Shown: one piece after another, positions 26,516-40,659 of the stretch
How positions within the stretch are numbered: the first letter of the stretch is position 1
Layout: every line of letters starts with the position of its first letter
Source of the DNA: Octopus sinensis
Taxonomy: Eukaryota
Length of the DNA: 64,000 nucleotides
NCBI RefSeq assembly: GCF_006345805.1
Contig: NC_042999.1
Span: 147,622,001-147,686,000, forward strand
Direction of reading: 5' to 3'
Position numbers and translations under genes: made by a program
Notes under the pieces: model-generated
The model's input: the letters and a program-made list of their open reading frames with translations, nothing else
Databases searched by the model: none
What the model was told of the DNA's origin: nothing

Positions 26516-29166
26516 TTGGTGAGAAATAATTAGTTTTGAAAACTTGGCTATCTACTTTGCAGGTTTGAATATCTGAGAATTGCTTATATTTTTCGTGAAA
26601 CTCAAACCCACGACAAAAATGTGACACGTTATACTTGTGCCGAGAGAACTCCAGAAATTTGTGGATATGTCGAGGATTTCCTATGTACAAATATATTATA
26701 TCTAATCATAATTCACTTTTATTGGTACGTATCTGTGAGTAGTTACATCGTTTATGAGAAATATGACCATATGCAATTGCGTGTGTCTACATTCATTCCA
26801 GGAGATGCAATTGTAAAATCGTTGAAATGTTTACAAATATTTACTCTGACATGACTGAACTAGATCTGGGGGAAGTAATGTTGTTTTACACTTCCTTCTT
26901 AAGCTCCTGCATTTCCTGCATTTATGCGAATATGTTGTTACATAAACCAGGCATTTACGTATGTGAGAACAAATGAGAATCTATAGCTAAGATAAAGTAA
27001 TTATATGTATCTTGTGAGATTACGGTAGCAGCTGATTTCATTCAACAATTTGAAACTCTTTTCGCATCAATTGAGCAGCCTTCCTCTACAAGATGACATG
27101 TTTCATAATTCATAGAAAGATATCAAATCTGTTGATTTATTCGCAGATTTTATTGAAATGTTCCATCTATGTTAATCTTTTTTCGAGGTATGGACATATT
27201 CTCATTGTGATGAACATTTCATATGAAATTCAAGAAAATTATTCCCACGGATAGAATAGTTAAGTTACATTGTCGTTGCCACGTATCTTAGAAAGTTAGA
27301 AGAGTGAGTTCATGGTAAGCAGATATGGGTGATATGCTGCATATAAATACACACACACTCACACACAAGCACATACAATACACGCACACACGCAAAGACA
27401 CGAGCATCAAATTTCCATAGAGAGATAGAGAGATATGCATATATCTATTTATAATGCATGTGTGTGTGTGATAATAACGACTATGGAGGCATGTACATCC
27501 GCAAATCTTATTATGCGGTGACTACCCACTGTTGCAAATGCAACCTTGTAATATTGTCGGCGCGGTTTCATCAGGGTCCGTCCATTTGGTCATCCTTAAA
27601 GTGAAGTGAGCGAAGTGATTGAAGTTTGTTAGCGTTCTGTGGGAGGTGGGCGTTTTGTTATGTATAGGTATATGCAGCTCACTTCAACTCCACCCCAGTC
27701 GCTGTCCGAAGTTATGGTTTGATCTAAAACAGTTGAAGGTCGAGATTATTTCTTTTGTAAGGCTCTTTGTTCATTTTAATGGTTGTGTGCGCTACGTTTT
27801 AATTTCGAGTGTAGAGTTTGTAGTGAAAAGTTTATATTGTTTATTTTCAATTTTTGCTTAAGCTATCTCATAATTTGTGTCATACAATGATTAGGGCATG
27901 TGCATTTTTGGATTTTTTCAGTTTGGCTGCAAATTTCAAAGTTTATTGAAAATTTTAAAATTGGGTATATTGATGTAATTTTCCACGCTGAATCTCAGGA
28001 ATTATTTCACTTTTTCCAAAAGTTCTTTTAAAAAGCTGTACAGATTTAAAGTTTGATCATTTTTACCCAGTCAGGAAACAGAATTTGCAAGCTGTCACTT
28101 TGTGCCGGACAGCATGTGTTGTCAACTCTACACAGACGAAATATTGGTGAAATTCTGCTTTACGCACGCCATATGGCTCCTCATAGTTGCTTTGTTTTTT
28201 TATTTTTTTCGAATTTTCAGAAAACATTTGCCAATCTGTATTCTATACATAGGAATTCATACGATAATGCAAAAAAATTGAAACGTGTGATTTAAGGCCT
28301 TTTTCGCTGTTATTTTTAGCACATTTCACCACTACTAGAGTGAATAGAATATATTTGTCAACACGTGCTTTCTCGCAGACAAATGAGTTCTCATGCTTGG
28401 CTTAATACTATGGAAACAAACATGAAAATGTCTGTCACTTACGATAGGCCAAAATTATTCAAAATTGATTTATAGAAAAATTAACTTTATGTCAATAATT
28501 AGCATACAAAACAACATCGTTACACCAAATATGAAATAAATTAGAACAAAAATTGGAAAGTAGCACATAAACAGAAAAGATATGTTTATTAAATATTCTT
28601 ATGTTTAGTTTATGTTATTCTATTTGTTACATGAAGCTGAATTGTTACTCAGAGAGTTGTGACATGTTCTCCTTTAAAAAAAGTCTTTTTAAAATGTCTT
28701 TAAAGTATAGTTTCTAACATTTACGCTGTTTTTTCATTTCCCCCTCACCGACTTATGATCCCTACCAAATTGAACTGATATAATCTACCAACATTATTTT
28801 AAGAAACCGACAATAACACAACTCCATACTATATGTAAATGATTAATGCTACAAAAAAATTAGCAAACGCAAATTATGTCCTGATTATGACACATCGATC
28901 AGTATGAATCCCTATAAAAGTTTTCTTTTTTATATACGTACCTGACTGAATTAATTCAATAACAAACTTTTCCCATAAAACTAGACATGTCGTCTTCACG
29001 AATTATTTAAATCCATCAACACCCTTCACAAGATTTCCTATATATATATATATATATGAAAGTCACAACGAAAGCTGATATATTGAATTCACAGTGAAAA
29101 TTTTCATAAAGAATCTTGCAAACCAAATCCCAAAACGAAATATATATATATGTGTGTGTGTGTATG

Positions 29167-29198
<32 letters not shown>

Positions 29199-29415
29199 TA
29201 ATAGAAATATTAAAATAACTAAGTCTCTCTAAAAGAGAACAGCGGCAGCGTTCCCGGAAAATAATAGCTATCGCCATACTAATATGGCATTCTTATAAAA
29301 ATAAGAAAAAAGCTGTCCGCTTATTAGCTCCATGAGGCCATCGCCTTAAGTTAGCTATTTGATACACAAACTGTATCCATATAACCTTGGAACAAGGGAG
29401 GTCAGTCGCTCCACA

Positions 29416-29486
29416 CTACTTGACCGGCAGCTACAGACGCGTTTCGGAGTATTGCCCCTTTTCAATGCAGCGTAGCCAGCCAGTAG
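29416..29486 (-). ncRNA. Type I hammerhead ribozyme (U3-A8 variant), element B, antisense-arm copy
   Basis: Exact reverse complement of 29824-29894. Confidence 0.75.
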
Positions 29487-29823
29487 GTGTCGCTTCCGAC
29501 AATCTCTGTTCGATGGTTTTATTTACCTAGTTTCGGTGGAATACATCCACTTGTTTTCAATAATAGAAATATTAAAATAACTAAGTCTCTCTAAAAGAGA
29601 ACAGCGGCAGCGTTCCCGGAAAATAATAGCTATCGCCATACTAATATGGCATTCTTATAAAAATAAGAAAAAAGCTGTCCGCTTATTAGCTCCATGAGGC
29701 CATCGCTGTTCTCTTTTAGAGAGACTTAGTTATTTTAATATTTCTATTATTGAAAACAAGTGGATGTATTCCACCGAAACTAGGTAAATAAAACCATCGA
29801 ACAGAGATTGTCGGAAGCGACAC

Positions 29824-29894
29824 CTACTGGCTGGCTACGCTGCATTGAAAAGGGGCAATACTCCGAAACGCGTCTGTAGCTGCCGGTCAAGTAG
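29824..29894 (+). ncRNA. Type I minimal hammerhead ribozyme (U3-A8 variant), element B
   Basis: Stem I GCTGCA/TGTAGC, extended by CTGGC/GCCGG and CTACT/AGTAG; core TTGAAAA 29845-29851; stem II GGGG-CAATA-CTCC; GAAA 29865-29868; palindromic stem III ACGCGT; GTC triplet, predicted cut after 29874. Confidence 0.78.
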
Positions 29895-30183
29895 TGTGGA
29901 GCGACTGACCTCCCTTGTTCCAAGGTTATATGGATACAGTTTGTGTATCAAATAGCTAACTTAAGGCGATGGCCTCATGGAGCTAATAGCGGACAGCTTT
30001 TTTCTTATTTTTATAAGAATGCCATATTAGTATGGCGATAGCTATTATTTCCGGGAACGCTGCCGCTGTTCTCTTTTAGAGAGACTTAGTTATTTTAATA
30101 TTTCTATTATTGAAAACAAGTGGATGTATTCCACCGAAACTAGGTAAATAAAACCATCGAACAGAGATTGTCGGAAGCGACAC

Positions 30184-30253
30184 CTACTGGCTGGCTACGC
30201 TGCATGAAAAGGGGCAATACTCCGAAACGCGTCTGTAGCTGCCGGTCAAGTAG
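30184..30253 (+). ncRNA. Element B second sense HHR copy, core missing one T
   Basis: TGCATGAAAAGGGG versus TGCATTGAAAAGGGG; otherwise identical; predicted cut after 30233. The deletion may be a sequencing error. Confidence 0.6.
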
Positions 30254-31883
30254 TGTGGAGCGACTGACCTCCCTTGTTCCAAGGTTATATGGATACAGTT
30301 TGTGTATCAAATAGCTAACTTAAGGCGATGGCCTCATGGAGCTAATAAGCGGACAGCTTTTTTCTTATTTTTATAAGAATGTCATATTAGTATGGCGATA
30401 GCTATTATATACATATATTTATATATATATCCGTATATATATTCATACATATATATGTATGTAAGTATGCATGTATGTATGTGTGTGTGTAATATTTATG
30501 ATTGTATGTATACATGTATAATCCAGCGTATTTCCAGAATTATTCACTGAATCTGTTTACAAGAATTTCTTACGTGTAAACACGTGTGTGTGTGTGTGTG
30601 TGTGTGTATTTAATGTAGCACTCCTTAAGAAAACTATAAACCGGATCAAGCAAGGAAGAAATACAATAACACTAATGGCAATATGTTTCCAACCATGACC
30701 AATACTCCACTCAACCATGAACTTATATATACATCATTACATAGAAAGTAAGTTTGTCTACGCACTTAGAATCAGCAGTCAAATCTTCCTCAGACATCGA
30801 TCAATTGTCGACATCTTTATACATGGGTAATTGAACTTTGATAATGCCCCATCGTAAAGCTATACTTTTTCACTACTAATCATTTTCTTAAACGATTAAT
30901 CAAAATGGCTTCAATATCAGGTAATTTTCTTGTTTTTTTTTTCTTTGGTTAGTCTATGCGTATTTCTGTATCTATGCTTTTGTCGTTATTGATTATTGTC
31001 ATTGTTCAGTCCTCTATCAATACTGATCAAGTAAACCTATCACTTGACATCATTTTCCTTTTAAGATATCATGTATCTAAGACTACATCATCAAATGCGA
31101 CTTAGTGTTTTTAATACTTTCGGACAGTAATTTTTTTTATTTAAAATATAATTCGCTTTTATTTCTAGTTGGACAAACCAGCATATAGAAGCACCCTCTG
31201 AGTATTGTGTTGTTGTGTGTGTATACCTTCCTATGGAGATATCTGCATTGGTGATTGTAGCTCTAATTCTGCGTATTTGTGTGAGCGAACATACATCAGG
31301 CAACTACGCTTTCAAACATGGTTCTTCACATACTCACATGACCCACCCTCTCGTACTGTTTCTGCATAGGTGGATGGGGGTACGCCTGAGTTAAGTGCGA
31401 CTTTACCTTAGTTCTGATGCAGAGCCTAGATAATGTCTCTTTCTATATTACAGCTATTACGCACAGATCCTGTTTTCTGCTAGGGTAATAATGATCAAGC
31501 TGTAATATTTTTCTAAAATTTTTCTGTAATAATTGAATCAAACACAGATTCAACGAGAAGAAGTACCTCATTATACAAAATTTGACAATTTTCAGTTAGT
31601 TCTAAATTTTCAAAATCTGTGACAACAATAACAAAGATGTCTCTCCCCATCTCACGCCCTCTCTTTCATTCATTTTCCGATTTTCTCACGGTAGACTTAT
31701 TCCCTTTCAATACATTTTTGCCACACTCTCTCTCCCTCGATATACAAGTATATCGCTTATGCTGATTGTATATGCGTGTTTGTTGGTGAGAATGAATGCG
31801 TGTAAGGAACTTCATTAGAGGCAAGGAGTGATTTAAAAAGTTATGTAGACGGTAATATATTTTCTGTTAGTAAATATGCTTTT

Positions 31884-31918
<35 letters not shown>

Positions 31919-34058
31919 TGGACTCACTTGACGCTGGATGGGAATTAAAAATTATCTAGAAACCATGGTCTGTGCGTATCACGTAAGGCTGAAGATGGAA
32001 GCGATGACCTCCCTTGCAAACAGTATACGGACACAGACTGTGTGTCGATAGCCAGCTGGAAACGATGTTTTCCTGGGGCTTAAACGACAGTAACATCGTC
32101 TTTTATAGGACCTCCACATTCTATTGGGAAATAAACTTTACTATACACACACAGACTCACCTGTTTTTGCCACACACACACATATATGAATATATCTACT
32201 CAGATAGAGATATAGACGTGTATACAGATAGAAAGATATAAATATAAGAAGTACATATATAAATCCGATGCATAAAATTAATTAATTAATAAAATAAATG
32301 AATGTATAAAATGTTAGACAATAAAGGACTACAGGGATTAAGAGCTCATACACTGGACTCTCAAATATTCCGCTAGGGGTTTCGACACAGAATTTGAAAA
32401 ACATTGCATTAGAAATAGCTAACTTGGGAGAATAAATGATATATTGTTACATACTAACTGATTGACAGAGAAAGTGGCTCAAGTACATGACTTAACAACT
32501 AGCAAGTATTGATAGCCAAGTTGACGTTAAAGCACAAATTGTCCCTAGCATTCAATACGAGTTTACTTAACTAAATAACAGAGTATAGTTTTAAATAAAT
32601 GGTTGGAGATAAGAGATTGAAAAGTATATATTCGGAGCATCTTATCTAAAATGTTTAAACAAAAAAGTGTTTCTCATGTAGTGCAAGCATTTTACCCTTG
32701 GATTCATTCACGATACTATCAGAACATTTTATAATTTCCAATAATCCAGTGCCGCAATGTCCCCACCGATAACTAGATTTTGTAGTCTTATGTGTATATA
32801 TAAGTTTGTGTGTTTGCGTGTATATATTTATGGCAATTTATATACTTACATTCACTGTGATATGTGTGTAACTATATATATGTGCGTGTTTATGTGTGTT
32901 TGTGTGTGTATGTGTGTAGTGTATGTATATCGATGTATGTGTATGTATATACATATGTGTGCATGTGTGCGTGTGTGTCTCTTGTAGTGTGGATGGAAAT
33001 TGTAGTGTTGTAGTATGTGGTATGGATAAGAAGTGATGAACAATCATGACTGTGTGATGTTCTATGTCGTTGGTCGGTGTATTCCTTAACGTGTCTTCTT
33101 TAACTGACAAGAAATCTGCTAAGGAATGATGACTTTTTTAATTACAAAGAATTGCAACGCCATGTCAGTCGCTTTGTTTCTGTTATTTGGTATCATTGTT
33201 AAACTATGAACTAATTTAGATTGTATATTTCTATGATTACTTTCTTATTTGCTTGCGTTAAGCCACACCTTCCATTACTCTAATATATTCGAATATAAAA
33301 CTTAATTAAGCCTCTAGTCCAGTTAAAGTTGGTAAATTTCGAGTTTAAAATCTTACCCGTCTGAAATATCTTACCTGATGTTAGTAGATTATATGTTAGG
33401 GTGTAGTCTTTTATGATTGAGTGAACCGATTGTATTAATGAAAAAACACCTCGAAATCCATGAATATCAGACGTATATTTATAAAAAATCTGTAAACAGG
33501 TTGCATTGGTTTGAACGAACACGCTTTATTGCATAATAATAAAACTGTTTCATCTTCACCTTCCCAGAAGATAATTGCCCAAGTATTATATAATACATTA
33601 AATTTATTACATTGCATCAGTATTATTTTACCAACATTGGAAAATGAAGACTCCTCAATTATGAACACGAAATATTTGCTAAATTAAGCCATATTCCGCA
33701 GAATATATACACAACCACATCCAAAGAAATAAAGAAAAAAATGCTACAAAATCGATAACCACAAGTACAATTTAGCTGGTCAATAAAACTGATGAATGAA
33801 GAAAGCAAACTAATCAAAAATGTACATTATATAATATATAATGTATATACACACAAATACAGTACACATATATATATAAATATATCAATAATACAATTTA
33901 TATGTGTATGTTCGTGTATGAGTGTGTGTGCGAATATATATTTTTGTACACACACACGTATGTTATGCGCAGTTACAATATAGATGCATGCAGTCCAGAT
34001 ATGATGTAAAATACCTTAGTGAGTGGATGGTGGGCGGACAGTAGCGTCAGGTAATAAA

Positions 34059-34521
34059 TATTTCTTTACTGTCCACAAGGGGGTAAACATAGAGGGGACA
34101 AACTTGGACAAACAAAGGGATTAAGCCGATTACATCGACCCCAGTGCGAAACTGGTACATTTTATTTATCGACCCTGAAAGTATGAAAGGCAAAGACGAC
34201 CTCGGCGGAATTTGAACTCAGAACGTAACGACAGATGAAATACCTATTTCTTTACTACCCACAAGGGGCTAAACACAGAAAGGACAAACAAGGACAGACA
34301 AACGGATTAAGTTGATTATATCGACCCCAGTGCATAACTGGTACTTAATTTATCGACCCCGAAAGGATGAAAGGCAAAGTCGACCACGGCGGAATTTGAA
34401 CTCAGAACGTAACGACAGACGAAATACCTATTTCTTTACTACCCACAAGGGGCTAAACACAGACAGGACAAACAAGGAAAGACAGACGGATTAAGTCGAT
34501 TATACCGACCCCAGTGCGTAC
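34059..34521 (-). mobile_element. SINE family 2 body in a ~2.5-unit tandem array (period ~185)
   Basis: TATTTCTTTACT at 34059, 34245 and 34429. Each unit carries GAGTTCAAATTCCGCCGAGGTCGACTTTGCCTTTCATCCTTTCGGGGTCGATAAA on the minus strand (Meta-domain-like; that assignment is tentative). Confidence 0.85.
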
Positions 34522-35479
34522 CTGTATTATTGTGCACGTTACTGCACACTGTATAAACATTACATTGTTTAAATGCTCACAATTATGATCACAGTAAAAT
34601 TTTGTACGAACTGTACTCTGTATTTACAAGCCACCCGTGTTTTATTGAATCTTGCGTTCCCTTAACAAGATAATTATACCATCCATTGCTCGCTTTTACT
34701 TTTTGCTCTTATGTTAAACCAATAATACTTCATCTCATGCAAGTGCGATAAACAATTATGTAATCCTTACCCGTGGTGTTTATGTTTTTTCTTTCACTCT
34801 TTTTTCTTTTCGTCGTCGATCTTGTTTTCGGTATCTTTGACGTTGTTGTTGCTGTTGTTGTTGTTGCCGTCGTCGTCGTCGTCGTCGTTGTAGTTTTTGT
34901 CGGCTTTAGCTATGTTTCTTGGTATTTACTTTGTTAATTGTTAATTGTTAATGCTATTAAGACTGTGCTAAGTTAACATTGAATGTGCAAATCTATAATA
35001 AAAGTTGTTTTAGTCTTGTTCGTCCTTCGTCTTATTTCGATGAATAACGTATCAAAGACTACTTTATGGAATATATTCTTCAACAGAGAGACTACGTTAC
35101 ATATCCTGGATACTACAATGTCCCAGGTGTCACTTCCAGGTCATTATCAACAGCTGTAAAAATGTATCAACATTTGTGCATAGCACAAACTGGCTGATTA
35201 CTATTTCTGATCATCGGGGACTACATTTTTAGGTATAGTCCTTTCCCCAGTCAAAACAAAGAACATCTCAAGCGATCAAGAGATCCGCAGAAGAGGTATC
35301 TGTTTGGCCATCACTTTCCTGATGTTCTTTCCTCCACCGTAGACTCATTTTCCTTTAAGGATTTTGCACCAATGTCCATCTGTTTCTCGATGTAAAGAAA
35401 GTTTATCACCGGATCATCAATGAAGATGAGAACATGGCGATTTATGTAAGTCGGTTCTTTATACCTAGTCGTCCTCTGT

Positions 35480-35815
35480 ACATGTTCAAAATCATCAGAC
35501 AGTCGAGTATTTAAAAGTCAACAAAGTTGACTTACTTCAGGCCGTGCATTGAATACATTCTTTTCTATGGAACCAAAACCTGGGCTATAAAGAAGAAGCC
35601 TCAAATTTAACTTGATGGTACGTACGTCTGGTTCCTGATGGGTGCTTAAAGAATCTCATAGCGCGATCACAAAACCAACGAAATGTATTGACATATTCCA
35701 TGTATGTGTACTGCTCTTGCACGACGCCAGACAAGCTGCGCTAGCCGCTATTATAGTATTGAACACCGGGTGGTTGTAGATGTTATATCTTGGTAACTCT
35801 CCCACTCTAATAGAG
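35480..35815 (+). mobile_element. RTE-like LINE C-terminal fragment
   Basis: IEYILFYGTKTWAIKKK..LDGTYVWFL..IS*RDHKTNEMY*HIP matches VESILLYG.E.WTL...LDG.YTR.L..I.W..H.TN..LY..IP. Confidence 0.6.
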
Positions 35816-36136
35816 ATGGAAGACATCCAACGACATTGGTGTTTTTAACAAAGAGGCAAAGCATGAAACTAAAGATGTACCAAAACTAAATCGAATATGA
35901 GAATTTGGGTAAAACGCAGTGAAACGCATCTCGATTGCGACTACCTGTAAATGAATAAGAAGGCAGCGGAGTGTGACCTACAACGAAGATATGGTTGTTA
36001 TTTTTAGGAACTTCTATGGCTATGGAGAGTTTTCCTCTTTGATTTCGCTGTCTCGTTTGTTCGGTATGTATGGATTTGTATAGCTTGACTTTTTAAATGA
36101 AATCCAGATTATAATTGTTGTTCAGTTCTCTATATA

Positions 36137-36996
36137 CAGGGTGCGATGGGTCACTATTTTATATTTTTTTTATTTCGTGCATGGGAATTGCTTGCCTTTG
36201 ATTTTGTCGACTACAGAGTATAGTAGGGTCAGTTGGACACCGTCTGTGAGAAAAATAGCACCATGACGCAACTCAATCGGCCATAAATTTAAGAAACAAC
36301 ATGCTATACTGATTGGTATTCGCGCACGAATCTCCAGTACGATTTTAGAGTGTTTGGGTGTCAATCTGAGGACATTGCATGTACCGAAAGTAATAAAGAT
36401 CAAACATCCAGTCAACATCATGGTGTTTGGAGTTGTCAGTAGAGATGGTGATGTTATGCCACCATTCATCTCCCCACACGGTCTCAGACTCAACATGGAG
36501 GTCTACATCAAGTGCATGAAAGAGGTAGTGCTTCCCTGGGTCAAGAGGACGGCTGCAGGAAGACCCTATATCTTCTGGCAATAGAACTCTGCATCATGCC
36601 ACACAAATAGGAGAACCCAGTCATGCCTGCCAGATAATTTCTGCGAACATATCACCCCTAATTAGCCACTTAACTCCCAGGACGCATTATTATGTGTGAA
36701 GTGCAGTTGAGCGAGAGAGCACCGAAACTCCTTCCAACACCAGAAATGAACGGAAGGCAAGGATTATGGCGGCATTCACTAACTTAAGCAAGGAGACCGT
36801 CCAGACAAGTTGCAGAAGATTCCGAAGTCGTCTGGAGGCATGAGTTGAAGCCAGTGGCGATTTTATTGAATAAATTTACTCTTTAGCATTTCAAGATATT
36901 TTTATGTAATTTTGTTAAATATATCTGTTAAAATGAGATGTCAGTGTTATTTTCATTATTGTGTAATTTAGACGACAATATACTTACCACACTCTG
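36137..36996 (+). mobile_element. Internally deleted Tc1/mariner (maT-like) transposon with TA target duplication
   Basis: TA|CAGGGTGCG.. and ..CCACACTCTG|TA ends; KHPVNIMVFGVVSRDGDVMPP..GRPYIFWQ*NSASCH..PN*PLNSQD..RRFRSRLEA*VEASGDFIE*. Confidence 0.85.
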
Positions 36997-38034
36997 TAAA
37001 ACAATGAGATTTTAGTCATATAGTGCCTCACTGTTTCCATCAATACTTGCAAATCTCCCGTATTATCAGCATAGAATTATCTATGTGAACTGCGAAAGCG
37101 TTATTAAAGTACTTCGAATGAAGTTCTCTGACTGCGAAGAATCATGTGCTTCTTCCACTGAGACAATATTGGCATTAAATTTACGAACTGAAAATAATTG
37201 TTTTGAAAACATCACTGAAATTTTCAAGCGAGAATCATAGAGCATCGTGATAAATTAAATCATATGACACATCGAGCAAGTTGAGATAAACACAAGTGCT
37301 AGAATAAAGAGGACTACTATGATTAATAGTCAAACATCACTATTATTAAATGTCAAAGCTAATCCTGAAAATGCGTTGCTTTACTTCTCCCACTATATGT
37401 TCTGTGCTTAACTGCATAGATTACGATGTATACCTAAATATATGTTCAAAAGGGCAAAATTATGGCTGCGTTATTTGTAACGTCAAACATACTGCGCGCG
37501 CCAAACCTTAGCTAAGTGTGTTCTAATATAGACTGTAGTTTTGTGTTCATTATATAGTGTGTTGAATTTGACAAATAGAAATTATACGCAAACCCACCAT
37601 GTAAATTTCGTACTCTTAGACGTATTGGAGACGCCATTCGATCTATTGATGAGCGAATTTTTACTCACATTTACAACTTTATACCAGTATGTCTCAAAAC
37701 CATATTGTAAGGTTTTGTGATTTCAGAGGACGAACACAGTATGAACTGTAAATTTTTTCTTACAAGTTTTCACGTCCGTGCAAATTATCCCTTCTTCTCC
37801 TCCAGTTTGACATTGGTATTTTCGACATGGGCAGACGGTGCGTCGTTACAACAACCTAGCCAAAGAGGTGTTGTTAATCCTTGTCGAAGATTCGAAAGTT
37901 CGTTTGTTCGTGGTAGAATACAATCGAGTGTGTTTTCAGATTGCGTATTTTTATATTATGTTTATCATAGGCTAGTTCATTTGTTGCATTGTTGTATTAT
38001 TGTTGTATTGATGTGGTCCTTTCGGTTTGTCATA

Positions 38035-38068
<34 letters not shown>

Positions 38069-38577
38069 GGTGGTGGTGGTGGTAGTAGTAGTAGTAGTTT
38101 AGGCCACACTTGTAGAAATATCAGCAGTTGTCGTTTTTTTCTTAACCTTAATGGTTTTGCAGCAGCCACAGGTGGACATAGTATTTGTAATGTTACCGTT
38201 TGAATTTTGGACTGTCAAAAATGAAAATTGCTATTCTTAAAAGAGTTAGAGGCGACGTTTTTTATAGAAAATTTCCTTTAGCTGTGACAAACAGCTACAT
38301 ACATTTTAATGTGTGGTAAAGACGTTATCTCCCTATAAATTATTTTTTACGTAAGAAACAAATTCAAATGTGCATATTTGATTTTTATTCCAGCCCAAAA
38401 GGGAAGGAGAAAAATTAAGAGAAATAGCCCTCAGACATCTTGATTCCGTTCATAACAAAATTATTCCCCATAAAATATCACTGAAAGTTTCTAAATAGGC
38501 AAAAAGCAACACACAACACTCGTTCTCGAGTATCGGTTTCTAAAACAGAAACCAATAATAATAGTAATGATGATGAC

Positions 38578-38610
<33 letters not shown>

Positions 38611-39893
38611 ACACCCAGATTAGAATAATGCTGGAAGGCAACCTTGGAGAGTAAAAATTAATTAAAAATAATATCATGTTTGTTGAAAAACAAAAAGCAG
38701 AAGAAAGACGAGAGAATTACAATAAACACAGACTTCCAAATAATGAATTAGACAGTGTAGGCAATATCCACAAATGAAAGAAAATAATTAAATAGAATAA
38801 TACTGACGCATTACATAATCACGCAAAACAAAACTAATACTATAGCTAGCAGAGTTAGAAGTTTGATATAATAGTATTAAGTGAAGACTCAGTGAACAAG
38901 CGATACTCAATAGAAAGAAAAGAGACGAGAAATATTTGTGAAAACATTGAAAGCATACAACTTACAATTGAATATAGAAAGATTATATTAACTATGAATG
39001 CAAGGAATAAGAGAACTTATATAAAAGCACACCGAGATACAAGTCATTAGGAGACACTAACTATATCGATGCTACTAGAACTGTTCTAAGGAAATACGAT
39101 GTTGTGACAGCAACAAAAGTCAAGCAGGATAAAACAGTAAGCCAGAAGCTTGGTAGCTCGGCAGCTGAAGAGGCAAGCCTATCCCGTGTAACAACGTCGT
39201 AGAGCGCTGCACGGATGGGTTCGTTTAAGTGCTCGGGGGTCTAGTTTCGTCCAGATCATTAGGTGGGTATAGCAGATCCCTGGTAACGAGTAAAGTGGCC
39301 AATATTTCTAAAATCTGCGAAGAGAAAAAAGCTGTCCCTGAAAGGCCGAATAAAGTTGGCGAACTGCTACATTACCCCTGCAATATTTTGCTGGATGACC
39401 ATCGTACTTCATACCATTTCATTTAACGAGTTGTCAGTACCTGCTACTTGGACATCTGGGTACGCCTTGGCTAATGATGCAAAGACATGCGCCGAGGTTA
39501 CGACATTTCAAGAGTACTGATTCTCTTTATCAGACCGAATACTATATCTCGTGTGTAAGAAAAACAAAAACATTTAACATTTATATTTTTAGTGAACGCT
39601 GTCACTCTCAACACACTACTTCTCTCTCCCTCACACAAACACACACATACATTAACACAACTTCTCACTCTCTCCCTCACACACACACACACACACATTT
39701 TCACTTCGCTATGGCAAGAAGGGATTTAACTCATGTTAGCAATTTCAAAATTGGCAAAAGTTAAGGTTGAAAATCGATATTTACCGCTAACCTCGGGTGC
39801 CTCGGGAGAAATAATTTGACGAAAATACAGCTAGGTTCGTGACGAATGTCCTCCTAAAATTTCTAATCTGTGGATGTGCATAAATTACATTCA

Positions 39894-39948
<55 letters not shown>

Positions 39949-40150
39949 ACACATACACACACACACACATATCCTGCCTTTTATATATACAGATATGTTA
40001 TCTGGGGTACGGCCGAATTCAAACGGAAAGAAGACCTAAAACAAATGTGTGTGTGTTTTTTGTTGGGCCTTTAATAGCCAGGGGTCAATTTCATTTCCAT
40101 CACACAAAGGAATTCAAATATTTATTAGCAACTCCCTCTCCCCCTCTCTC

Positions 40151-40186
<36 letters not shown>

Positions 40187-40659
40187 ACTTCCTCTCTCCC
40201 TTGCTCGACCCACGCATCAAATTAAATATCTTAATTTTCTCATTAAGCTCCTTGCTTCTTCGGTGGCCCAGTAGGCATGGGTGTTGAAAAGGAGTAATTC
40301 AGCACATAGGTATTGGTTTCAAATTGAAATACAAAAAATGTGGCATCTATAACTGTTCCTCTTATTGTAGATGTTCTAAACGTCAGAAACTTCTAGACCA
40401 CATCCCAGGAGAACCATGAAAAGATGTTGCTGAGAAATACTACCCACATCCTTAGAAAGATCATGTCAATTTAAATCTCTCTGTTGTATTACATGAAGAT
40501 ATTTCGCTACTACCCCTGCCACTTACACTCCGCAAGCTTATAGTCATATTGTAACATCTCTTATCCTTCACTCGCCCAGGTCGCTGGGTGTCTTGGCATA
40601 TGATTGTAACAAACATGCAGATTAAAAGTAAATAACACTAATAATTATAATAGGTGACT

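Larger units (their letters stand above)
29198..30408 (+). mobile_element. HHR-bearing non-coding tandem/inverted element B (~362-nt unit; retrozyme-like or non-autonomous PLE)
   Basis: Left arm 29198-29706 is antisense (period 362); right arm 29704-30408 is sense (period 360); CGC microhomology at the junction; TA-rich flanks; no ORF. Confidence 0.85.

Noticed and set aside
27555-27600. Minus-strand CTGATGAAACCGCG, HHR-like
   Set aside because: Stem II is absent and stem I does not pair.
39150-39190. CTGAAGA-GGC-AA-GCC
   Set aside because: No GAAA or stem III follows; chance match.
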